Below the pieces are notes generated by a model, which made no database searches, was not told the DNA's origin, and saw only the letters and a program-made list of their open reading frames with translations. The translations under genes and the position numbers were made by a program. DNA of 64,000 bases from Cenococcum geophilum. Its lineage: Eukaryota. This document shows positions 1 through 11,319 of this stretch, one piece after another (positions within the stretch are counted from its first letter, which is position 1; the number at the start of each line of letters is the position of its first letter). The stretch lies in the NCBI GenBank assembly GCA_050273025.1, contig CP158635.1:1798001-1862000 (forward strand). Reading direction: 5' to 3'.

Positions 1-439
1 AAATTTAGCCATTTGCTAACGGAGTCTTCCAGCAACTACGTCGAAACAATCTGATCTAACCAACAACACTATACTACGACGCCCAACGAACACCCACGAA
101 TTCTTTACCACCAGAGCTCCTGTCACTACCCTCCATATATCCCTAGTCTCCTTCAATATATCTAGACCGATCACTGTAAGCTTTGTTTCCGTACGGCGTT
201 GGATATACATCCTCTAGGTCGTTGTCAGAGAGCGAGTCTATTTTTTTTTGGAGGGGCATAGCAAGGCGTCTGGAGGACTTTCATTTCGAACCTATCCATT
301 TTTATATCCTCGAACCTCTCCCACTTCGCCCTTTGCATCCGTGAACAAATCCAAATAGCTATCCCGCGGACCGCACCGGTCCCGCGCTATATTTAGGAGG
401 TCTCGGCTGCCGTCTGTCGCTTACTGAGATAGAGTAACC

Positions 440-1005
440 TTTAAGCGCCGACGCCTTAATATTAAAGACCTCCTTACCTTATAAAGTAAAATCCATATCA
501 GCTGCGATACCCAGACGTCGACAAATAGAATGTCACTACTTAAGTGTAGTAGCCTACTTAGTTAATAAAGGTAGCAAGTGTAAGGGATATTATTGCGGAC
601 ACCTCGGGTTGCCCTCAGGACAACCCCCGGACGCCCCTCGGATGGTCGCCGGTCACGTGCCGGAGGCACGTGCCCGTAGTATATAGTCTCCACGATCCCA
701 GAGGCCTTACCTCCTCAAGGATTCGTCTCTCTCACCAATCTATCCTGTTCCAATCGTGTCCTTATAGCCCCCTGTCTACAAGATCCCCTCACAGCAAGTT
801 ATAATTAATCCTTATAGGACTTTTACGATACGAGGATCGTATATAGCTAAGAACGTAGCAATAGCTTTAGCAACGGTTATTTAGAAGTATTAATTTAAAT
901 ATAAGTTTAACTGCTTAATAGCTAATAACGCCACTAATAATAACAAGCTCTACGAATACCTCTTATAAAGTCTTATAGTGGCAAAAAGGGAACGACTTTA
1001 ATATA
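440..1005 (+). mobile_element. RIP-degraded hAT-superfamily transposase fragment (catalytic region), interrupted by a solo LTR
   Basis: After removing 579-798, translation reads SKIHISCD..TSTN..SLL.VVA.LV..G.KL..ILIGLLR.RGS..A.NVA...FNCL.A.NATNN, matching hAT 'D.W.S..H..G.H.A..DNA.NND' motifs with C>T/G>A damage. Ends abruptly near 1005; boundaries approximate. Confidence 0.8.
579..793. mobile_element. Solo LTR (215 bp)
   Basis: TGTAAGGGAT...ATCCCCTCACA termini (TG..CA, short imperfect inverted repeat). 5-bp TSD GCAAG at 574-578 and 794-798. Excision restores the hAT coding sequence. Confidence 0.9.
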
Positions 1006-1083
1006 GGGCACTTCTAGTTGCACACCCCCCCTGGACAGGCTTTTTTGCAATCTCATTCTTCCCCCATATCTTGGATGATTTAG

Positions 1084-4000
1084 GTTCGCTGCGACAGGCC
1101 GTGCGTACAATAACCAGGACGGCCACTATTTAACCTCACGGGTAGAGAGAATAGCAGACAAAAGGAGGGATATTTTGCAGACGGTGTTCTTTGGAGCGGC
1201 AATCATATCAATGCTTCGTCTGACACGAAAAACGTTTTCGAAAGAATTACCTCTGGATCCGAACCAGACCCCGCACAAGCCCGCGGCCCAATTTCAATCG
1301 AATGCGGGGAACGTTTTCGACAACGATTACGACGCATAATCCATCGCCTAAGCGATCTTGTCAAGGCGAATCCATTTTCAAAGGAAGCCGAGTCGTCCAC
1401 GAATGCACCGCTTTTAACGAATTTTTGGATTGTACTCAGCAAGCTTAAAGTTAATAAAGTTTTTAACATTCTTTTATCTCACTTCCCTAAGCAAGCCCAG
1501 GTAGCTTTAGGAAAGCCAGAGGTTGTAATTAATAGCCTACTAGCACCTTCCCGCTAATTAGATAATAATTTAGGCGGCTAGATTATATACATTAACATTA
1601 TTATAGAGAGTATTATACTTAATAATGGTAAAGAGACAAGAGTGGGCTCTTAAACTCATGGACTAGGTCTATACGTTAGTTCTGCTATAGGCCAGGGAAG
1701 TAAAATTTAAAGGTGGTTAGAATATAATTAATATATCCTTAATAACTTTTTTAAAGACGATTATTTAAGAAAGGGCTATTAGTACTGGTTTTATATAAGG
1801 CCTGCTCGCATAATAAACCTTTAGGCTGTTGCTATTAGATTCTACCCTCTTAACTCTACGTTCTGGCTAATCCTTACTAAAGATATTATTATAGTCCTAC
1901 TTAGTACTCTTAGTAATAAGGGTTAAAGAAAGCAGTTTACCCTAAAGGCGATATTTAATTAGTATAAAGAGTGTTGCAAAGCTATACCCGATATAGGAAG
2001 ATTCCCGGATATTAAACCTCTAAATTACTTATAGCTATTATAATAAGGGTTCTACAGATGCATTCTAAGGCCAATAAGCTGTCCTTGTTATGGCTTAACC
2101 CCGTTAAGAAAGGTAATCTAGCTAAGAATAGAGGCAAAATATATCTACCTAAGTTATTAATAATAATAATAATAATTCATTGCTTAACGTCCGATTTGGA
2201 TCCCTACTGGGCCCACGTAGACTACTCCTTATTTATATGTGGGGAGAAAACTCTATTTAAGAAAAATGAGAAAACCCTGTGATCTATCTCCCTGCCTTTT
2301 AGGACTCGCCTACTTAGCGCCTGCGAGTCGCCTATAGTGCTCTACTACCTTACTATTTAACCTCCTTAGGAACTACTGCTGCCGTAATAAGCCTACGGAC
2401 GCGCTAGTATTATAAACTTTTACTCTACTACTATAGAGTTACTAGGGGGCACCTGCTACTCGCCTCCTTACCTTCTATTACTATTTCCCTTGCAACCCAG
2501 AACTAATTTAGCATATTTTAACTAATAAGCTACTAGGTAACCGCCTTAAGGCCTTTTTATATTAAGAGTAGTGTATTATAGTTCTCTGTGCCAGCTGCTA
2601 AGAGTATTATTTCTTAATTAGTGCGTAGGGGGCATAGCAGTATTATGTGTTTTGGTGTCTGTCTTAGCTAGCTATATTCGCATCTCGGGCTACCTACTAG
2701 GACACCTACCTAGTAAAGCCAATCTTTTAGTCCTATTATTCCTGTTCTTAAAAGTGTTGCTATTATATTTTCTGCCTTTGTTAGGCCTTCTCGGAGCCCT
2801 TAGGTATTTACCCCCTATAGCGTTAACTATACTATAGCTTAGGTTCGTCTTGCCTAAGTCAGCCTCTATACCTTTAACTCCCATTTACCTCTTTAGCGTT
2901 AGTCTAACCAGTATTATATTACGGTAGATGGTTTTCCGGCGTTCTTGCGTATTCTACTTTAGCTCCTTTCTCTATCTTACTATTATCTTTACTAACCTCT
3001 TACGCGTCTCCCTTCCTCCTCTATATAGGCCTAGGCCCTAAAGCGGCACTATTCTTCTTCTGCTTTCTTTACCTGTTTCTCTAATATCTCTTCCCTACTT
3101 TAGGGTTATTGGTTTATTCTCCTACGGGGCACCCTAGGGTCCCTCTATAGTTTACTTAAGCGTGTCTTAATATACTTTATAACATTAGAGTTACATTTAT
3201 TTTACGTTCTTTATATTATAGCGGCTTTAATATATAACTATAGGGGGGGAATATTGGATTCCTTCTTAAGCAGTACTATGGCCGTTTACTTATACCCGCC
3301 TATAATACTCTAAAGGCAGGCTGTTTAGACCTTTTAAAGTAGTTTAAGGAGTAATTTTAGGGGGCCCTTCTTAGTTTCTCTAATGGCCCAGATACTGGAT
3401 CTATATATTATAGTTGGCCGGACGACTGCTATATATAGTAGGCGTGACCTTTGGAAGTATGGACCCTATATAGAATTAACAATCCTAGATAAAGCGATAA
3501 ACTATACTTAGCCTTTATAGGCCGCTTACGCCGTATATACGCTCTACCGGAGCTTGCTGTCTACCTATACTCCTAATACCCTTAGGCCCTAAACTGGTTA
3601 ACCCCTAAAGCCTTAGATATAAATTATATGCTAGAGATCTGCAGATTAGTTGCGTTTTCTTATAAAATAGATTAGCTAGTATTTCTCTAGTAAAAATTGG
3701 ACTTTATAACGTTTTGCCTACTCTATATAAGTATTATAGGCTTTCTTTAGTGTTCTACAGTTCTTTATAGCTGTTGGCCCGTATATAATTAGGTTTGTAT
3801 TGTTAACAAAGCCTATCCCCTAGGTCGCCCCTTCCTTAAAAGAGTTAAGTAGGTTACTTATAAAGAAAAGGAAGAGTATAGGCGAGAGGGGTAATCCTTG
3901 TAGTATTCCTGTTATAACTGCAATAGGGGGGCTCTAGTATCCGCTGAAGACTAGTAATGTTTCTTTCTAGCCTATAAACCCTTAGACAAATTATATAATC

Positions 4001-7000
4001 CATTCTAGGAAGCCCTTTACCCTAAGGATATGCAGAAGACGCTTATAGGGTATATTATTATAGGCACCACTAATGTCTAGGCTAAGCATTAATACTATAA
4101 AGTCCTTTCGCATCGCCTATGCAGATTTAATAGTGGCAGCGAGTAGCGTAAGTACTAATAGTGTTAAGCGGTTCTTTCTTGCCCCTATTTAGCTTTATAG
4201 TAGTAGGGCGTATTCCTCTACCGTGTCTGCTATGCGTTCCGCTATTACCCTTTCTAAGATCTTACTAAGGGTGTTTTCTAAGGCAATAGGGCGGTAGCTT
4301 CCTGGGATTAAGTAATCTGCTTTACCTTCTTTTTATAAGACAACCGTTATTATAGATCTTCTAAGTCGCGGGTAGTAGCCTATAGCAAAGCATGCTCTAG
4401 CTATATCTGTAAGCTAAGGTGCTATAAGTGGCCCATAGGTTTTTAGGGCCTTATTTAGAATCCTATCTAGTCCTAGTACTATATTATTTAAAAGGCGGCT
4501 AATAGTTCTAGCCATTTCCTCTGTTATTATATCGCTGTTAACCTATAGGCGAGTTACCGGTATTTCGCCTGTAATATTACTAAGGTCTACTAGAGCTAGT
4601 TAGGGGAAGAACCTTTCTATAAGGATCTTTGCCTTCTTATTATTGTCGTTTATAGCCTATAATTCTCCTGCTCTTTATAGGGGTAGTAGGTATAGGTCTT
4701 CTACTAGGCGCCCTGCCTTTTTCTTTACCCATTTTACTATATCCCAAAGGCCCTTATTATAGGGGAGGCTTAGGTTAGAAGTATACTCGTTTATAAACCG
4801 TCTCCAGTTATTCCTTACTTCTTTTTTTAGGGTATTCTTTAGCTGGTTTCTTATATCTTTATATTATCTCTTGTCTTTAGGGTTATAGCTGCTTATATAT
4901 TTCCTTCTTACTTATTATTAGCTAGTAACTAGAACTGCGTATTATATAGACTATACGTATTGCGTATAGGGGCCCGGTTTTAAGATCGGGCAGTACTCTT
5001 TTAGCCTATTTTTAATTGCTGCCTAGATCCTTTCTAGTCTTCGGTTAATTTCCTTAGGGGTAGTTAATGGGCCTCGCTCGTTTGGTATTGGGTGGATTTC
5101 TTCTAGGTCTTAGAGTTGTTATTTAACTATATTAAGGAAACTATTTATCTTAAGCTTCCTTATTACATATCTTTTTCTATTTAGTTGCGCTTTAGTATCT
5201 AGGTCTAGCTATATCTAAATAGGGATATAGTCTAGGGTAAGTGCCTATTCTTCTTTGGGGTTGCACCTTTTAAGTCTCTGGTATAGGCCTTCGTCTATAA
5301 ATATAAGGTCAATTATACTTCTAGCGGTGCCTCATTGCCATATAATTGCTCCTGGGGGGGTGGCTAGCTTAAGGCCCTAGATATCTATAGCTCTTAGTAG
5401 GCACTCTAACTGTTAGTCTGCAGTAATATAAATACCCCCCTACCGCGGGTGGTGGAGGTTTATATCTCCTAATAGGATAGACTCTATACCTTCGGTTTCC
5501 AGTAAGCTTATTACCGATATAATATTCTCTATTTATAGGACCCCTTCAACCCTAGGGTTATATACATTAATAATTTGTACCGGTCCCCTATATGTTTAGA
5601 TTATTATAACTATAATATCTAGGTTAACTGCCTGCTATAACCATAAGGATAGGCTAATAGCCTTATTAATTATAAAGCATACATATATGGCTGCTTTTAG
5701 TTCGTATAGGAGCTAAAATCCTTAGGGGCAGTATATTAATTATATAAAGGTATTATAATACGGCTCTTATATAGTAAGGATATAGTGTTTCTCTAGGTCT
5801 AGACTGTCTAGTAGGGGCCTTATAAGGCGGTGGTTTGTGTTGCCGTAGTTATACTATATAATAGATAGGTGGCGGACCCCCAGTAAGGGTCCTTCGACTC
5901 TCCTTTGTTCCTCACTTTTTCTATTTCCACTTTCTCTAGGATATTTAGAGCTTCTGTCTCTTATATCTACACCTTAGTTACTACTTATTTTATATAGAGC
6001 TTTCCATTCCCATATCTTATGTTCCTGTTAACGCTTCTATATCTAAATCTATTATTATTACCGGTTCTTCCCCTGTTCTTACTAGTTGGCTATATACCCT
6101 TTATAGGTCGGCTGCAAATGTTATATTTACCGTATTAAGTCTAATTCTTAATTATCCTGGTCTTAAGCCTACTATTGCTATCTATAGGGGTCTTCCTACA
6201 GGGCGTCCTCTCCCTTATGTCCCCTGTAACCCTTATATTCCTAATTGGTCTGGTAATGTCGCGCAGCGTCGCTTCTGGCCCGTTAAGGCTTAGAATAGCT
6301 AGCCTAGCCCTCTAGTATTAAAGGTAGGAAACGCTAGGAAAGCACCTACGTCCCCTTAGCTTATCGCCTATTATTTCCATTTATATAACCTAGCGTGCAG
6401 TTATTCCCATAGCTGTTAAGCCCTTACCTTCCGTCTCCTGTATTTAATATAGTCTTCTCTCTCCTACGCCTTATATATACTTTGGTAGCAGTTCGCGTAT
6501 TTTATTTAGTTTTAATTTAAGTAATATCTCGTATCATGGGGGCCTATATAGTGGCCGTAGCACACCTATACTGCGCATATAGATTAGGTATATCCCCATT
6601 ATATATAGCGATAGCATCGTTCTAGGTATAGTCTATGGTTATAGAGCCTTGTGTTATATATAAGGCTATTTATAATTATTCCTTTTTAGATAAGGAGTTT
6701 TTGCATTCCTAGTATATATATACTAACAATAAGGGAGCCATGCGTTCGTCCAGCGTCTCCCTAGCGAGTCTCCGGTAACCCTTATATCCTCTTATTATTC
6801 TTATTATATACTTAGTTTACATTTTTCTATTAAAGCTATTAAATTCGGGTGATTTCGAGTCCTAGTATAAGGCGTTCCGTTTATTTTACTATCTCTTATA
6901 TAATTGCTGTGTTATCCGCCTAGCGTCCCTTTTCTACCCTAAGGCTTATAGGAACCGCTGGGACTTTAACTAGGTAATCCTTACGGAGTACTTTTATACT

Positions 7001-8160
7001 AATACGTTCTCCTAGCCTATCCCTTACCCTTATAGCTCGTTCCTTTACCTATTAGTCCTTTAGGGTGACTCTAATATTTTTGCTCTTAAGGTGTCGGACT
7101 ATAACAGCGTTATAAACCTCTTTATATATCTTTATAAGGACTTCTATTTCTAATTATCCCCTAAGCCCCTCTACTTATTCTATATTTGGTTATATTATAA
7201 TTATATGCCCGGTTATTAACTTAAGGGGGGTAGGTTCCTTATGCTGTAAAAGCATAGCTACGGCGGCCTAGGTACGGTTCGCCGGTAAGGGGGGGTTATG
7301 CTTATTTTTAATTTTGCTTAGCCGTTAGAGGATTTAATTAAGGGTTTACTAAAGGGGCGCCTAAGGTTCACTAGACTAGCGGAGCTATTCTGCTAGCTAT
7401 ATTAGTTCGTTATAGCTAACGGTTACTCCCCTATAATTTTAGATACTAGACGTGTCTAATAGGCTTTATATTTTATCAGATGCCTTCTTAATAGAGGTAT
7501 TTCCGCTTTGTGGTGTGGTATTCGCCTGTCTTTATTATAGAGGGCCATTGCTAGGCGTAGTTCTAGCGGTCGCGCGCGAGTGCGAGCTACCGTCGTTTGA
7601 CGTGTGCCTCCCCTACGATGCATGCATCTCAGGGGGATTCTCTAGGTGTTTTTCAGGGTTCTTTTAGTTGGTTTTGGTCTTTTTGGGCCAGGTGTAGCAA
7701 GAGCTCTAGTTCCTACAAATAATAATAAGATATTCTTCTACCTAAGTTATTACGAGCGAAGTTCTAAAGGATAGAAAAAACCGTAAATAGCTAAAAATTC
7801 GGGATAAGTAAAATGTGGAAGGCCAGCTTGCAACTAAAAATTTAGGCCGTATATTAACCTAATTAAGAAGAAGCGTCCAGGAATGGCTCTAAAAAGCGGT
7901 ATTAGTAATAGGTAGCTCTACTAGCCATGCTTTAAAATAGCGGTAAGGACTCTAGAAGCCTATAGAGTAGTACATATTTAAGAAATTAAGGGCCAACAGT
8001 AAAGGAGGCGGGTGTATTTTATTGTTAGAATCTAAGGTATAAAAGGCCGTTAGGGCAGTATAAAAAGAAGAATAAAAGACCGGCAGAACGGCCCCGGCCT
8101 GGAATTAGTAATTGCTGGCTCTGCATCAACTATTTTCGCAAGGGACGCTGTGGTACTCTT
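1084..8160 (+). pseudogene. RIP-damaged gene with a GIY-YIG-like motif and C-terminal Cys-pair (GATA-like) zinc-finger motifs, split by a LINE insertion
   Basis: One frame is open 1114-1554, continues with RIP-type stops to 2159 (GG*IIY...GLYVSSAIGQGSKI*RWLEY), and resumes in frame after the LINE TSD at 7753 (CGRPAC...LY*PC, then CWLCINYFRKG after a frameshift). Confidence 0.5.
2160..7736 (-). mobile_element. Full-length RIP-inactivated non-LTR retrotransposon (Tad/I-group LINE)
   Basis: 16-bp TSD TCTACCTAAGTTATTA at 2144-2159 and 7737-7752; (ATT)n 3' tail at 2160-2176. Minus strand shows degenerate gag Zn knuckles (~6520-6630), APE endonuclease GD.NLHHP (~5440-5470), RT motifs GSYRPIALENTLSKILE and GI.QG.PLS, and a C-terminal C-C-H-C (~2630-2690). 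Confidence 0.95.
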
Positions 8161-8872
8161 AGTGTGCCAGCTCTCTCTACATAGAGTTTCTATAGTTGGT
8201 TTTAACTATATTGTTTGCCCAGTCATTCTGTATGCCAGCCCGTCGGCAAGCGCTAGTGAATTGGTGGCTTCGTCGATAAAATAAGCATAGAGCTGCACTA
8301 CGTTAGTAAGTATATAACTAACTAACACTGAGCTCAGCGACAAAGATGAATTATCTTCGTATCTAATTCATCTATCTTAGAGTATGTCCCGCAGAAAGTT
8401 AAGATTTTGGCATACCTACTTAGCAAGGGTTTAAAGGAACAACTTCACGGAACCGAGCTTTGGCTATAACGATTCGAGTCTAGCGATATCTTAACCGTAC
8501 TCTAACGCTATCGACCTTAACTTCCTGCCTTTTTTTTTTTAAATATATCCGTTGTATTATGCTACGTAAATTATATAATACTCCAATATATTTAGTAATA
8601 TTAATTAAGTTTTTTTTATTAGAAAGCTATATTAGGCTTATATTAATAGACTAATAGGTAGAAGAAAAGGCGTATAAAAGGTAGGACCGTAGATAAAGCA
8701 ATAAAAATCGGTAAGGCAACCTAACGTTATAATAGCAAGAGTGTAACGGGACTAGCCCAGTTATAGCAGGATTGTCTCGGTAAAACACTCGACAGATGAA
8801 ACCCGACGCTTTAACCAAATTCTGCCGAATTCTGCCAGCTTGATCGCCTGTCCGCGCCACAAACTCAACCTA

Positions 8873-11319
8873 CACCACCTCGTCAATTCCGGTTGTTAGC
8901 GCCTTACTAGTGACGCCTCTCGGGCGGAAATCCTCATATAGATTAGTATGAGTTTCCCCGTCTTGGCAGCGAGCTTCAAAAGACCTTAATATTAAAAATT
9001 TATGAAGCTTTTTAAAACTAATGATTGTATGGTAGACTGCCTATATACGAATATTTCTAAAGTTATAGTAGCTAAATGAGTGTTAAAATTAACGCTTAGC
9101 AATTAAACGACTATTTAAATGTCTCCTCTAAGCTCCTGATCGTCCTCTAAGCTTCTAATTGTCCTCTAAGATCCTAATTATCCTCTAAGCTTTCTACTGT
9201 CCTCTACTACTTGGTAGGTCCCCCTTCTGCTTTAATTACTGCCTAAAGGCGTGTAGGCATAGAAGTAACTAGTTCCTTAAAGTAGCAGGCCTCCAGATTC
9301 TCCTATTTAGATTTAATGGCTGCTTGTATTGCTTTTTTTGTTAACGGGCGAGGCTTCCGCTTAGCTAATTGAGTCTTTATTAAATTCCAAACGGCCTTAA
9401 TTAGGTTAAGATCTGGGCTGTTTGCTAGCTACTGAAGTAACTTAATATTGTCTTTCTGGAACTTAGCTATGGTAATACAAGCTTTATAATAGGGAGCTCT
9501 ATCCATTTATATAATTATTAGGGTACTTCCAAATTCGTAATTAGGGAAATATATGCTATACTTAGCGTTATAGAAGTCGTAGAATTCTTTAAGCTTTGGA
9601 TAGATGTAATTTAAGAAGCCCTGCGCCGTAATATTGCCCTATTCTTCCTTGTTCTAAAATAGTAGAGGCCCTTTTTTTATACCGTAGAATGCAGCCTATA
9701 CTATTGTATAAGGTATATTAGTAAACTTAGGACGGAGGTAGTTAGGATGATATTGTTTATTAGGTCTTCTAATAACATAGAGCCGCTGGTGCCTACTATG
9801 ATATATAGCTGCCTTATCTATCTATATAACTCTCCACTAATCCTCTTTTTAGAAGTGACGGTAAGCTAATACGAATGCTAACCGGGCGTGATAGTGAGCT
9901 GTAGTAAGCCAGGGCTTTGCATGAGTAATGTAGCGTTAAAAGCCCTCCTTTTTAAGATATTGGGCGACTGTAGAGTCGGAATAAGGGACTCCTGCGTAGA
10001 AGGAAAGCTCTGAGTAGGTAAGGCGACGCGCCTAAGTATTTGACTCTAGGAAATTAACTAGTTAACGCTGAATTGGCGAGCCGTATGTAAGAGCATTTTG
10101 ATAGCCACCATATATTGGGGTCTGCGCTTTATTGATAATGTAGTAGACAGTAGAATATGGTTGCTTAACCAATGTAGTAATGCGAGAGATAGGTTCTTGA
10201 AGATAGTAATAGAGGCCTTTGATTGTGTATCTTAGGGAGTAAGGAATAAGCGCTCGAGCGTTGCTTTCCTAAAGCCGTTGGCGATGTTGAATACGTTCTG
10301 TAGCTTGCTCCTCCCGCTCCTATTCCTTGCGTCTCTCCCGTCTATTAAGACGGGCAATTGCTCGGTGAATGCGATGGTTGGGGGTGGTAGGTGTTGGAGT
10401 AGAAGAACTAGATGCAGTAGAGCGAACAGAGGGAGTATTTGGCATAGTTATATTACTAGGTAAGGAAGGAGCAAATAAGCTAAAGAAGCTTCTAAAGCTA
10501 GGAAGGCGCAGTGGAGCTTTAGGATTAGGTAAAGTAGGTTTTGGAGTTCCTTCCGTATGGGAAGGATTGTACCCAGAAGATAGCATGGTGGATACCTTTG
10601 AGGATAGAATCTAAAAGATTTTAGTTAGGACTTGTTATAGGAATATGCAAATTTAGTATAAAAAGTGGTAAGGATGGTATTACCTTATAATAGGCGTAGA
10701 TAAATATCTTTATACTTAAATCTGCAGAGCCATCTAAAGTCCCTTACGATTGCGCTAAGACTTAGTATTTACCTAAACTTAGAAACCTTATCTGTGACTA
10801 CCGCTATTAATATCCGTCTTAATAGCGTGATTAATACATCTAAGGGCCTATTTCTAACTTCTGTGAAGTTACCTAGGATAAAAGCAAGCCATTTTTGAAC
10901 TGATTACCGCCGGAAAGGTTATTTGGACGTAAGAGCTGGCAATTGTCGTAACAGAGGCTTGAGGAAGGCCGTAATAGAGGAGGAAGGTTGTGATAGAGGC
11001 TTAAGGAAGGTCGTGATAGAGGCTTAAGGAAGTTGAGGATTGTTACAAATAACGCGTCGGTGGCTTAGAAGAGGGGTAGGAAACTAGAAGACGTGTTGTT
11101 AGTAGACTTCCTGAGTTAGGTTTCTTACCGCGTGGAGCTCACCAATATACCTGATCACAATGCGGCTGGCAGAGGCGTCGAAAAGCTTCAAATTTGACTG
11201 TCAGGTGAGGTTGTTCGGCAGTCTCTTTCTAATATTCAGCTGCCAAGCCGGATAGACTGAATTCGTGTTAGTTGGTGGCTTAATCAAAAGCGCTAACAAC
11301 CGGAATTGACGAGGTGGTG
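8873..11319 (-). mobile_element. Tc1/mariner (Tc1-type) DNA transposon, RIP-inactivated, ~2.45 kb
   Basis: 30-bp TIRs CACCACCTCGTCAATTCCGGTTGTTAGCGC with TA TSDs (8871-72, 11320-21). Degenerate minus-strand transposase ~10445 to ~9280 with (W)(T)D(E), MD.AP..K and ANSPDLN.I.AVWN motifs. Confidence 0.95.
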
